Below, piece after piece: positions 29,665-39,016 of a DNA stretch of 64,000 nt. The notes under the pieces were generated by a model, which was given only the letters and a program-made list of their open reading frames with translations, was not told where the DNA came from and ran no database searches. This DNA comes from an uncultured Bacteroidota bacterium (GTDB lineage Bacteria; Bacteroidota; Ignavibacteria; UBA10030; UBA6906). The DNA lies in assembly GCA_963700635.1 (NCBI GenBank), contig CAVOYH010000001.1, forward strand, positions 288,001 through 352,000. The letters are read 5' to 3'. Within the stretch, counting starts at the first letter, position 1. Each line of letters opens with the position of its first letter. Both the position numbers and the translations under genes were made by a program.

Positions 29665-30949
29665 GGTCTGGTGGATCGGATCAACTGTGGCTGTGCTCTT
29701 CATCCTTGGCCCGGAACCGTTCGTGTTCGCTCAGCCCTCAAACGTTATTGTGCTTCAGCATGCCGACAGTCTGATCGGGCGCGTTATCAACGGAGAGGAC
29801 GCCCGGGAATTGGTCGGTAATGTGTTTATTACACAGGGAAACGTTCGCATCCGCTGTGACCGCGCCCTCCAGTTTATCACACGTGGCACCGTGGAATTGA
29901 TGGGCAACGTAGTCGTCGAAGATGACAGTCTCATCATCAAAGCCCCCCGTGGCTTCTACCACCGGGATCCACGGCGGGCTGAGGCATTTGGGCGGGTTAC
30001 CCTCGACGATGGAGTTTCACGTCTGGAGGCGGACTACGGAGAATACTCCGTTGAAGCCAGAACGGCGTTCTTCCGTTCAAAGGTTGTGGCGACAGATTCA
30101 CTGTCCATTCTCAATGCGGACACGGTTTACTACCACCGTACGCACCGTCTTATGGATGCCCGGGGCCGTGTTGTGCTCTACAACACTCCGGACCGTGTTA
30201 CCGTCAGCGGCGGCCGTTTTGAACACAACGGGGCGCTTTCGTACAGCCGGATGACGGAATCGCCGGTTCTCGTGCAGCACGATTCAACCGCAGGTGGTAC
30301 GGACACTCTTATCGTGCGCAGCAGGATTATGGAGTCCTTCCGCGATTCCACCCGCCGGCTCCTGGCATCGGACAGTGTCCAGATCATCCGAAGTGACCTT
30401 GCAGGGATTGCCGGATCGGTCGTCTTTTTTACCGCAGCCGACAGCATGCTGTTGCGTTCCTCTCCGGTTCTCTGGTACGGTACAACCCAGGTGACCGGCG
30501 ACTCGATCAACCTGTACCTCCGGCGCCGGGCGCTCGACCGGATCACCGTGATGGGTAATGCGTTTGCGGTCTCCCGGAGCGACTCTGTGTTTTCAGGGCG
30601 GTATGATCAGCTCACCGGGGACTGGCTCACCATGACATTCGCTGAAAAGAAACTTGACCGTATCGATGTGGAGACGAGAGCCACGAGTGTGTATTTTTTG
30701 TATGAAGATTCTGCTGCGAACGGCCTCAACAAGACCAGCGGCGATCGTATCCTGATGCGTTTTGCAGGGGGGCAGGCCAACTCGATCCACGTCTATGGAG
30801 GGGTTGAGGGTCAGTATTTCCCGGAGCCGATGGTCGCACGGCGTGAAGCTGAATACCGTCTCCCCGGTTTTCTGTGGCGCGAGAATCGGCCGTTGATTCG
30901 TGCTTCCGATAGTGTGCCGGAACGTCGGCTGCGGATATTCCCTCACTGA
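29657..30949 (+). CDS. Long OstA/LptA-like beta-jellyroll periplasmic protein
   Basis: Signal peptide; repeated GNV/GRV-type beta units; between lptC and lptB. Confidence 0.8.
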   Translation: MNKVWWIGSTVAVLFILGPEPFVFAQPSNVIVLQHADSLIGRVINGEDARELVGNVFITQGNVRIRCDRALQFITRGTVELMGNVVVEDDSLIIKAPRGFYHRDPRRAEAFGRVTLDDGVSRLEADYGEYSVEARTAFFRSKVVATDSLSILNADTVYYHRTHRLMDARGRVVLYNTPDRVTVSGGRFEHNGALSYSRMTESPVLVQHDSTAGGTDTLIVRSRIMESFRDSTRRLLASDSVQIIRSDLAGIAGSVVFFTAADSMLLRSSPVLWYGTTQVTGDSINLYLRRRALDRITVMGNAFAVSRSDSVFSGRYDQLTGDWLTMTFAEKKLDRIDVETRATSVYFLYEDSAANGLNKTSGDRILMRFAGGQANSIHVYGGVEGQYFPEPMVARREAEYRLPGFLWRENRPLIRASDSVPERRLRIFPH

Positions 30950-30987
30950 CATCTGTTTGCGAGAAAGTACTATGGAAAGGTCATCCC

Positions 30988-31734
30988 GTGCCTGCTGAGC
31001 CCCGCGTGTTGCGTGCGGACAATCTGGTGAAGCGTTACAAAAAACGTACAGTCGTGCGTCAGGTCACCATCGAAGTGCGGCAGGGAGAGATCGTCGGGCT
31101 CCTCGGACCGAATGGTGCGGGGAAGACTACAACATTCTATATGATTGTCGGCATGATCCGTCCGAACGAGGGAAAAGTGTTTCTCGACAAAAACGAGATC
31201 ACAACGATGGCGATGTATAAGCGCGCGCGTATGGGCATTGGGTATCTCTCCCAGGAGGCTTCCATCTTTCGGAAAATGACCGTCGAAGAAAATCTGATGT
31301 CGGTGCTGCAGTTGATGACTATGTCACTATCAGAACGGCGGCAGCGCTGTGACCAACTGATGTCGGATTTCAACATCACCCATCTGGCCCGGAGTAAGGG
31401 GTATATGCTCTCGGGCGGGGAACGCCGGCGCACGGAGATAGCCCGCGCACTCGCCGGGGATCCCGGCTTTATCCTTCTGGATGAACCGTTTGCGGGTATT
31501 GATCCGATCGCAGTGGAAGAAATTATGCGGATCGTGAGGACGCTAAAAACCCGCAACATTGGTGTGCTGGTAACGGATCACAACGTGCATGAGACTCTCT
31601 CCATAACCGACCGGGCCTATCTTCTGTTTGAAGGGCAGATCCTGAAGGCCGGGACTTCGGAGATGCTTGCGAGTGATCCGGAGGCACGCAAGCTTTACCT
31701 CGGTGAGAAATTCAAGCTGGACCGGTACGACTGA
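30988..31734 (+). CDS. lptB: LPS export ABC ATPase LptB
   Basis: GPNGAGKTTTFYMI, LSGGERRRTEIAR, DEPFAGIDP, TDHNV. Confidence 0.96.
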   Translation: MPAEPRVLRADNLVKRYKKRTVVRQVTIEVRQGEIVGLLGPNGAGKTTTFYMIVGMIRPNEGKVFLDKNEITTMAMYKRARMGIGYLSQEASIFRKMTVEENLMSVLQLMTMSLSERRQRCDQLMSDFNITHLARSKGYMLSGGERRRTEIARALAGDPGFILLDEPFAGIDPIAVEEIMRIVRTLKTRNIGVLVTDHNVHETLSITDRAYLLFEGQILKAGTSEMLASDPEARKLYLGEKFKLDRYD

Positions 31735-31741
31735 CTGCGGC

Positions 31742-32041
31742 TTATTGTTTGTCCTTGGCGCCGGATGCGGGAGTTGACGGCGGGGTGGGCGTGGCCGGTG
31801 CTGCCGGTGTCTCCGACTTCTTGGTTTCCTCCTGCTTGACCTGCGGTTTCTTTTCTTCCTTCCGATAGTCCGTAAGATAGAACCCTGACCCCTTAAAAAT
31901 TAATCCGGCCCCCCCGCCCATCACCCGGATAAGATTCTCCGTCTTACACGCAGGGCACAGGGTCAGCGGATCCTCAACAAATGACTGCAACTCCTCAAGT
32001 TTGTGTCCACATTGCTTGCACTGATATTGGTACGTGGGCAT
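31742..32041 (-). CDS. FmdB family zinc-ribbon protein
   Basis: MPTYQYQCKQCGH...CPAC...FKGSGFYLTDY; GGAGG RBS. Confidence 0.9.
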   Translation of the reverse strand: MPTYQYQCKQCGHKLEELQSFVEDPLTLCPACKTENLIRVMGGGAGLIFKGSGFYLTDYRKEEKKPQVKQEETKKSETPAAPATPTPPSTPASGAKDKQ

Positions 32042-32065
32042 GCACCCTCCTCGTTTCAAAAACCG

Positions 32066-32557
32066 TTATTTGCGTGTCCGGAATTTTGCTTTCAGCCGGC
32101 GCCGGACGACCGGTGGTACAAAATCTGAAACGTTTCCGCCGAGCCTCGCAATTTCACGGACGATCGTCGAATTCAGATAGCTGTATTGTTCCCTGGGGAC
32201 CAGGAATATCGTCTCAAGCTCCGGCGACATTTTGCGGTTGGTGAGCGCCATCTGAAACTCAATCTCAAAATCCGACACCGCCCGGAGCCCCCGGACAATC
32301 ACGGATGCCTTCCGGTGGCGCGCATAGTCGACCAGTAGTCCATCGAAGGTGTCAACTTCCACCGAGGGACGGTCCACGAAGAGTTCCTTGATCATCGCGA
32401 TACGTTCGTCATCCGTAAAGAGCGGGGCTTTTGACGTGTTTCGCGCGACGAGAATTACCACCTTGGAAAAGAGCTGCGCTGCGCGCTCGACCACATCAAT
32501 GTGGCCATACGTAATCGGGTCAAATGTCCCCGGATAGACTGCGAGGATCGGTTTCAT
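32066..32557 (-). CDS. coaD: Phosphopantetheine adenylyltransferase
   Basis: YPGTFDPITYGH, RGLRAVSDFE. Confidence 0.96.
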   Translation of the reverse strand: MKPILAVYPGTFDPITYGHIDVVERAAQLFSKVVILVARNTSKAPLFTDDERIAMIKELFVDRPSVEVDTFDGLLVDYARHRKASVIVRGLRAVSDFEIEFQMALTNRKMSPELETIFLVPREQYSYLNSTIVREIARLGGNVSDFVPPVVRRRLKAKFRTRK

Positions 32558-33107
32558 GGAGTGTATTCCTTCTAAAAAATGTGACGACGGTGCGGCCAAA
32601 CTGCTTTACCGGACCGATCATGTAGTCGGGAGACGGGGTAAAGTGGTGCGGCCTGGCATGCTCAATGACGAGATACCCGTCAACATGGAGCAGGGAACGG
32701 GAGAAGATGATCTGCGCAACGTCGCCGGTTGTTTCGTATTCATACGGCGGATCGGCAAAGATCAGATCAAACGGTCCGGTGATCTGTTTCAGATAATGCA
32801 GCGAATCCATCTGGATCACCGTCGTATCAGCTTCGCAACCAAGGGTCTCAAGGTTACTTTCGAGGTACCCGATGGCATCGGGATTACTCTCGACAAACGT
32901 TGCATGTGCTGCCCCGCGGCTGAGCGCCTCGATCCCGAGACTCCCACTGCCGGCAAACAGGTCCAGCACCGTGCATCCCTGCAGATCCATCCGGTGTGTG
33001 AGGATGTTGAATACCGTTTGCCGTACACGGTCCGTTGCAGGGCGAACTGACAGATCGCGCACGGTCCGAACCGTGCGGCCTTTGTACCGTCCCGTCGTGA
33101 TCCGCAT
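32520..33107 (-). CDS. rsmD: 16S rRNA m2G966 methyltransferase RsmD
   Basis: RPATDRVR, LDLFAGSGSLGIEALSRG, DPPY; classical rsmD-coaD pair. Confidence 0.94.
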   Translation of the reverse strand: MRITTGRYKGRTVRTVRDLSVRPATDRVRQTVFNILTHRMDLQGCTVLDLFAGSGSLGIEALSRGAAHATFVESNPDAIGYLESNLETLGCEADTTVIQMDSLHYLKQITGPFDLIFADPPYEYETTGDVAQIIFSRSLLHVDGYLVIEHARPHHFTPSPDYMIGPVKQFGRTVVTFFRRNTLHETDPRSLSGDI

Positions 33108-33985
33108 CAGGGCTCTCCCGCGTTACGAAGGGCAGCCCCGACAGCGGCTGCAAACCGAAATGACGTCGCACCAAAATGTTGGGCCAGCGGGAGCTCCTGG
33201 GGAACCAGGAGCGTCTCAAAAGGATCCAGAATCTGCACGGGAAGCGCTGTTGCCTTTTGAAGATGTTCCTGGATATGCTGCGTTACGAGCGGACCATGCA
33301 GGACGATACGGGTAATCTGGTGTTGAGAATTTAACGGTGAGCGGAGTTCCGCTTCGATTGCCTCCGGACCCTCCGCCCAGCGTGAGCCGTATTGCAGGAG
33401 TTTCGCATGGTCCAGGAGACTCCACTCGATCCGCTGTTTCTTCACGCCCACAAACAACACCCGGCCGTCGGGGGGGGGCAGCGAGCGCTCCACGAACATC
33501 GTCTCCGCGCAGAAGTGTGCGCCGTCCACCCCGTGCAGCTCTAATCCCGCCGCCCTGATGCCGTCCCGGAGTGAGCGTACATCGTTCCGGCGAATTGAAA
33601 TGCTCAAAATATTCTGTGTGGATGACATTGTGTGCGGGGCCAGGCCGAACACGTCGGTGATGTGTTCATCCTCCGGGAGCGAGGGGATAAGCTGGGAAAG
33701 CTCCCACCGGGCGTGCCGCTGCCAGTCAGGCTGCGTCAGGCCTGCATCGACTGGAAACGTATGGATGATAAAAAGCGACGTATCAAGACCAACCGAGACC
33801 TGCCTGGCACCAATCGCGTTTGCCTTGACGAACGATGCAAGGCGGTCTCCAACCTGCGCGAGATCGGTTGCAGGGGGGCGCTTCCATTCGCCGATTGCTG
33901 TCAGCTCGAGAGCGGACCCCCTCCGCACAAGTTCCACCGCCTCGACCGATTCAGCAGTGATGCTCAATCCGAACAGTGAGTCCAT
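33107..33985 (-). CDS. PilM-like actin-fold protein (degenerate)
   Basis: GLSI..VEAVEL, RWELSQLIP, AGLELHGVD, LPVQILDPF, FAAAVGAALR follow the PilM layout. Confidence 0.65.
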   Translation of the reverse strand: MDSLFGLSITAESVEAVELVRRGSALELTAIGEWKRPPATDLAQVGDRLASFVKANAIGARQVSVGLDTSLFIIHTFPVDAGLTQPDWQRHARWELSQLIPSLPEDEHITDVFGLAPHTMSSTQNILSISIRRNDVRSLRDGIRAAGLELHGVDGAHFCAETMFVERSLPPPDGRVLFVGVKKQRIEWSLLDHAKLLQYGSRWAEGPEAIEAELRSPLNSQHQITRIVLHGPLVTQHIQEHLQKATALPVQILDPFETLLVPQELPLAQHFGATSFRFAAAVGAALRNAGEP

Positions 33986-34063
33986 GGTACCCCCCGTAAG
34001 ACAACATGAAAAATCAATATCTGAAAAACCTCCGGTGGATGCAAGAGACGGCCTCCCGGACAG

Positions 34064-34519
34064 CTATCGACTCCGGGGCGCAACCCGCACGTGAAGGCGA
34101 ATCCGATCCAGTGTCCGGGGGCCGATTCCCCTCACGCGGCGAAGATCTGTCACCGAGACAAACCTGCCATGCACTTCCCGGTACGCGATAATACGTCGGG
34201 CGATGGCCGGACCGATACCCGGCAAGCGGACGAATTCAGCCTCTGTCGCCTGATTGATATCGAGTGGCTGACCAGGGGAGTGAGGCGTGGCTTCGGAATC
34301 GAGGGGCGGGCGCTGACGGACGGCGTCATGGAAGACGCGGGCACCCCGGACAAATTGGCTGTCAGTTTCCGCATATGATGGCAGTGTGGCCGCGGAGGGA
34401 GTGTCCCGGAAATGCCGGATGGCCGTTCCGATCAGCAGGCTGATCGTCAGCAGCATGACTACAGTGAGTTCAGTGCGGGTGAAACCGAATCTCTCCTGGA
34501 AAAAAAGCAGGAGCCGCAT
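34064..34519 (-). CDS. comEA: ComEA family helix-hairpin-helix DNA-binding protein
   Basis: TM, then LDINQAT..LPGIGPAIARRIIAYR..G.F....L..VRGIGP. Confidence 0.85.
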   Translation of the reverse strand: MRLLLFFQERFGFTRTELTVVMLLTISLLIGTAIRHFRDTPSAATLPSYAETDSQFVRGARVFHDAVRQRPPLDSEATPHSPGQPLDINQATEAEFVRLPGIGPAIARRIIAYREVHGRFVSVTDLRRVRGIGPRTLDRIRLHVRVAPRSR

Positions 34520-34526
34520 CTCCTCC

Positions 34527-35693
34527 TCAAGAAGATGTCTTACGAACGCGGGCGAAATAACTTTTGTCGGAATTTGCCGATGTATCACCGTCAGCCGGAC
34601 TAATGTTCTCCGAATTGGCCAGCTGTTTGATCAACTGCCGTTCCTGCGACGTGAGGGATTTCGGGACCCAGACATTTACACGGACAAATTGGTCGCCTTT
34701 ACCGAAACTATTCAGATGAGGGAGACCCTTTTCCCGCATGCGAAGGATTGTTCCGGACTGCGTGCCCGGTTCGACCTTGAGCCTGGCACGTCCTGTGAGA
34801 GTGGGGACTTCAATGTCGGTACCCAGCGCTGCCTCCGGAAAACTCAGAAGGAGATCGAGGATGACATTGTTGCCTTCACGGGTGAAGAGTGGATGAGGTT
34901 CTTCCTCAATGACCACAATCAGGTCGCCGGCCGGCCCGCCCCGGCGGCCGAGATTTCCCTCACCGCGCAACGGTATGTAGTTGCCTTCTGAAACCCCGGC
35001 AGGGATGTTCACTTTAATCGTTGTGTCTCCCTGGACCCGGCCATCACCTTTGCACGTGGTACAGGGTTCTTTGACGACTTTTCCTTCGCCCTCGCAATTC
35101 TGACACGTGGCGATATTGACAAACTGCCCGAAAACGGAACGCGAGACCTGCCGGATCTCCCCGGCGCCGTTGCAGGCGGGACAGGTGACTGTGGAGTTTC
35201 CACCGCGTGCTCCGGAGCCCCGGCACGTCTCACACGCCTTCCACTTTTTTACCTTGAGCTTTTTCTCAACGCCCGTTGCCATCTCCTCAAGCGTCAGCCG
35301 GAGTCGGATCTTCAGATCGGAGCCGGGTGTTGTGCTGGATTTGCGCCGTTGCCGGGTTTGACCTCCGAACATTTCGTCAAAAATGCCACCGCCGAATCCG
35401 CCTCCAAAAATGTCGCCGAAAGTGCTAAAAATGTCGTTGACGTCGGTGAAGGGATGGAAGTCGGTCCCTTTCATCCCATCGTGGCCATATTTGTCATACC
35501 GCTGCCGTTTGTTCGGATCGCTGAGGACCTCATACGCCTCCGCGGCCTCTTTGAACTTGTCTTCGGCCTCTTTGTTTCCGGGGTTCCTGTCCGGATGAAA
35601 CTGGAGCGCCATCTTACGATAGGCCTTCTTGATCTCCTCTTTGGAGGCCGATCGCTCCACCCCTAAAATCTGGTAAAAATCACGCTTTGCCAT
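34527..35693 (-). CDS. dnaJ: Chaperone DnaJ
   Basis: HPD J-domain, G/F region, four CxxCxGxG repeats. Confidence 0.98.
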   Translation of the reverse strand: MAKRDFYQILGVERSASKEEIKKAYRKMALQFHPDRNPGNKEAEDKFKEAAEAYEVLSDPNKRQRYDKYGHDGMKGTDFHPFTDVNDIFSTFGDIFGGGFGGGIFDEMFGGQTRQRRKSSTTPGSDLKIRLRLTLEEMATGVEKKLKVKKWKACETCRGSGARGGNSTVTCPACNGAGEIRQVSRSVFGQFVNIATCQNCEGEGKVVKEPCTTCKGDGRVQGDTTIKVNIPAGVSEGNYIPLRGEGNLGRRGGPAGDLIVVIEEEPHPLFTREGNNVILDLLLSFPEAALGTDIEVPTLTGRARLKVEPGTQSGTILRMREKGLPHLNSFGKGDQFVRVNVWVPKSLTSQERQLIKQLANSENISPADGDTSANSDKSYFARVRKTSS

Positions 35694-36264
35694 TGGCCAC
35701 CTCCGGATCCGTGGCGGCGGAGGAGACGATCACCTTCGCGTGGCGGAGGACTTTGTCATAGAGCATAAACCCCGGTTCAATTTCCTGGACGACGGTGTGT
35801 GGCGGCATGTCAGCCCGTGGAACCTGCAACAGCGCGTCATGAAAGTCCACATCAAATGGCTTGCCCACCGAGAGAAATGGTACGGCTCCGTGCTTTTCAA
35901 GAATCTTCAAGAACTTTGTGTAGATCAACTCCACACCGGAGTAGAATGATTCGTGATTCTGGCTGTCTTTGCCTGACTGGAGGGAACGTCCGAAGTCGTC
36001 CAGCACAGGAAGCAGAAACAGAATCAAATTCTCATTGGCGTTCTTGATCAGCGAAGCAAAATCCGATTCTGACCGGCGCTTGTAGTTCTCAAATTCAGCC
36101 GCCTTGCGGAGCAACTGTTCCCGCAGGGTCTCTGCGAGCTTCTGCGCCTCTTCCAGCTGGCCTGGGGTAACGTCATCGGGACGTTTCTCATTGGTTTCTG
36201 GTAAAGGGGTGGATTCCGGTATGGATTCCTGAGGAGTCTGTTCCGGTTTTTCCTGTTCAGCCAT
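35680..36264 (-). CDS. grpE: Nucleotide exchange factor GrpE
   Basis: [34 protein letters not shown]. Confidence 0.95.
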   Translation of the reverse strand: MAEQEKPEQTPQESIPESTPLPETNEKRPDDVTPGQLEEAQKLAETLREQLLRKAAEFENYKRRSESDFASLIKNANENLILFLLPVLDDFGRSLQSGKDSQNHESFYSGVELIYTKFLKILEKHGAVPFLSVGKPFDVDFHDALLQVPRADMPPHTVVQEIEPGFMLYDKVLRHAKVIVSSAATDPEVANGKA

Positions 36265-37309
36265 CAGATTTCTTTCGTGTTGATAACATCGCGGTAATGG
36301 TCCGGGCAACGTAGTCCACGAGCGGTATCATCTTGTTGTATTGCATTCGCGTGGGGCCGATGACGCCCACAGAGCCGGTGACGTCACCGATTGAATAGTT
36401 GGTTTTGATGACGCTGTAGGGCCGCAGTTTTTCATCTTCATTTTCGCTCCCCACGGTCACGTATGTTCCGGCAAGGGGGTCCTCGCGCTTCTGCAGGACG
36501 TGGATAATATATTCTTCGTTGTTGATCAATTCGATGATGCTGCGGAAATCCCGGGGGTTCATGAACTCCGGCTGTTCGATGATCTTCTCCGCCCCTCCGA
36601 TATGGAGTTTTTCCGGACGGTGCGGAAGAAACAGCTTATCCACCGAATCGATGAAAAGTCGGATTAGTCCCGTCTGCTCATCCGCAACGTCTTTCATACG
36701 CTCCACAAACGATTCTCGGATGTGCTGAAGAGTGAGGCCCGCAAGACGTTCGTTAAGAAACCGACCCAGTTCTTCAAGTTTTTCGCGGGGAATGCCGGAC
36801 GCGACTTCCATCATGATTGTCCTGATAAGCCCGGACTTGATCGAGATGACGACCAGGATACGGCTGGAGGTGATGGGGAGGAGTTCGAGCCGCTCGAACG
36901 TGCCGCTGCTCAGTTCGGGAGAGGTAACGATACACAACTGGCGGGAGATTCTTCCCAGCAGCCGGGACGTCTCCCGCAGGAGCCCTTCCATATCAGAGGC
37001 ATCATCCAGATTCTCTTTGATCGTGCGTTGATCCTCGGAGGAGAGTGCTTCCGGCTTCATCAGACTGTCGAGATAGAAACGATACCCCTTATCTGTCGGC
37101 ACCCTTCCGGCTGAAGTGTGGGGATGGTCGATGTACCCCAGCGCTTCCAGATCGGACATGATATTCCGGATGGTCGCGGAGCTCAGGCCCAGAACGCTCT
37201 CGTGCCGCTTTGAAATATAGCGCGATCCGATCGGTGTAGCCGTCTCGACAAAGTCGTGGACGACGTAATGCAGAACGGTGCGCTCTCTTTCGTTCAGCCC
37301 TTCGGTCAT
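36257..37309 (-). CDS. hrcA: Heat-inducible transcription repressor HrcA
   Basis: SSATIRNIMSDLE, PHTSAGRVPTDKGYR, GVIGPTRM. Confidence 0.96.
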   Translation of the reverse strand: MTEGLNERERTVLHYVVHDFVETATPIGSRYISKRHESVLGLSSATIRNIMSDLEALGYIDHPHTSAGRVPTDKGYRFYLDSLMKPEALSSEDQRTIKENLDDASDMEGLLRETSRLLGRISRQLCIVTSPELSSGTFERLELLPITSSRILVVISIKSGLIRTIMMEVASGIPREKLEELGRFLNERLAGLTLQHIRESFVERMKDVADEQTGLIRLFIDSVDKLFLPHRPEKLHIGGAEKIIEQPEFMNPRDFRSIIELINNEEYIIHVLQKREDPLAGTYVTVGSENEDEKLRPYSVIKTNYSIGDVTGSVGVIGPTRMQYNKMIPLVDYVARTITAMLSTRKKSDG

Positions 37310-37350
37310 TGGCAGGCCAGAAACTGGCTCCTTAATTGAATACACACAAA

Positions 37351-37379
37351 AGTATACAAATTCCGGCTATTTTTGTCAA
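37351..37379 (-). promoter_or_regulatory. Near-consensus sigma70 promoter of the hrcA operon
   Basis: Minus strand TTGACA-N17-TATACT. Confidence 0.8.
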
Positions 37380-37401
37380 CATTTGGACGGATGTCAAGTT
37401 T

Positions 37402-37428
37402 CTAGCCATCCGTCGGGCTGGCTGCTAA
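37402..37428 (-). promoter_or_regulatory. Degenerate CIRCE-like HrcA operator
   Basis: Minus strand TTAGCAGCC-N9-GATGGCTAG vs consensus TTAGCACTC-N9-GAGTGCTAA (13/18), upstream of hrcA. Confidence 0.55.
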
Positions 37429-37445
37429 ATGCCCTCATTCTATAT

Positions 37446-37490
37446 AACAAACAAAAGGGGTGACCAAGTTCAGGCGTCTCGGTCACCCCG
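37446..37490 (-). terminator. Intrinsic terminator of icd
   Basis: GGGGTGACC...GGTCACCCC stem followed by TTTTGTTTGTT on minus strand. Confidence 0.7.
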
Positions 37491-37520
37491 AGGGGGAAAA
37501 GTACACAGGGGAATAGCCCC

Positions 37521-38774
37521 TTACATGTTCTTCACCACTGCATTACCAAATTCGGAGCATTTCACCTCGGTCGCTCCTTCCATCAGACGGGCGAAGTCAT
37601 ACGTGACAACCTTCGAACTGATCGTCTTCTCGAGGGCGCGGGTGATACGGTCTGCCGCTTCGTTCCATCCCATATATCGGAGCATCAGTTCGCCGCTCAG
37701 AATGACGGATCCCGGATTGACCTTGTCCAGTCCGGCATACTTTGGCGCGGTCCCGTGCGTTGCTTCGAAGATAGCATGTCCCGATTCGTAATTGATGTTG
37801 CCGCCGGGTGCGATGCCGATACCGCCGACCTGTGCCGCGAGGGCGTCGGAGATATAGTCACCGTTAAGGTTCAGTGTTGCAATCACGTCATACTCGGCCG
37901 GGCGGGTCAGAATCTGCTGAAGGAACGCATCGGCGATCGCATCCTTGATAAGGAGTTTTCCCGCCGGCGGCTTTCCGCCACAATCGTCCCACGACACCGT
38001 AGTGTCGGCGAACTCACGTTTGGCGAGTGCGTATCCCCAGTCGCGGAATGCTCCCTCGGTGAATTTCATGATGTTGCCTTTGTGAACAAATGTCAGCGAT
38101 TTTCTCTTATGCGCAAGCGCATACCGGATGGCGGCGCGGACGAGGCGTTCAGTCCCCTCGGTTGACACGGGCTTGATGCCGATGCTTGCGGTCTGCGGGA
38201 AGCGGATTTTCTTGACTCCCATTTCTTCCTGAAGCCATTTTACCACTTTCACCGCATCCGGGGTGCCCGCCTTCCATTCAATTCCCGCATAAATGTCCTC
38301 CGTGTTTTCACGGAAGATCACCATGTCAATAAGCTCCGGATGTTTCACCGGCGAAGGAACACCTGAGAAGTACTTTACCGGCCTGAGGCAGACGTACAGG
38401 TCGAGTAACTGGCGCAGGGCAACATTGATCGAACGAATTCCACCACCGACGGGCGTGGTCAGGGGGCCTTTTATTCCCACGAGGTATTCCCTGATTGCCA
38501 CGAGCGTATCATCATGCAGCCAGGTATTGTCGCCGTACACGGTGTTGGCTTTTTCTCCCGCGAAAACTTCAAACCAAACGATCCCCCGTTTTCCACCGTA
38601 CGCTTTTTGCACCGCCGCGTCGAGCACGGTCTGTGAAGCTTTCCAGATGTCCGGTCCGGTGCCGTCTCCTTCAATAAATGGTATGACCGGGTGATCAGGA
38701 ACATGTAGCTTCCCGTTGGTCATTGTTATCTTTTCGCCACGTGTGGGTGGGGTGAGCTTGACGTAGGTGGGCAT
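37521..38774 (-). CDS. icd: NADP-dependent isocitrate dehydrogenase (homodimeric type)
   Basis: [49 protein letters not shown]. Confidence 0.97.
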   Translation of the reverse strand: MPTYVKLTPPTRGEKITMTNGKLHVPDHPVIPFIEGDGTGPDIWKASQTVLDAAVQKAYGGKRGIVWFEVFAGEKANTVYGDNTWLHDDTLVAIREYLVGIKGPLTTPVGGGIRSINVALRQLLDLYVCLRPVKYFSGVPSPVKHPELIDMVIFRENTEDIYAGIEWKAGTPDAVKVVKWLQEEMGVKKIRFPQTASIGIKPVSTEGTERLVRAAIRYALAHKRKSLTFVHKGNIMKFTEGAFRDWGYALAKREFADTTVSWDDCGGKPPAGKLLIKDAIADAFLQQILTRPAEYDVIATLNLNGDYISDALAAQVGGIGIAPGGNINYESGHAIFEATHGTAPKYAGLDKVNPGSVILSGELMLRYMGWNEAADRITRALEKTISSKVVTYDFARLMEGATEVKCSEFGNAVVKNM

Positions 38775-38818
38775 CGAATGGGTTCTCCTGACAGGAAATA
38801 GGGGCATGGTAACCCCCT

Positions 38819-38974
38819 AAAATACTCAAATTAGCTGGAAGAGTCAATGTGACCCGGAACGGCAGGCCGGCTTGACGTCATGCCGTAAGGAGAACGTGGG
38901 GATTGTGCCTGGATGGACCGCCCGGATCAACTTCTGAGGGAATCGTTGCTTTTCCATAGTCCTTTGCGTATATT
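38819..38974. promoter_or_regulatory. Divergent sigma70 promoters (icd / TPR lipoprotein)
   Basis: Minus TTGACT-N17-TATTTT (38847..38819); plus TTGCTT-N17-TATATT (38946..38974). Confidence 0.55.
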
Positions 38975-39016
38975 TTGCCGATACAATCGATCCCACATCT
39001 TCAAGCAGGAGCTATC

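Noticed and set aside
38850-38940. Possible ncRNA between icd and the TPR gene (ACGGCA...TGCCGT stem)
   Set aside because: Only a short stem, lying between two divergent promoters, with no recognisable RNA family features.
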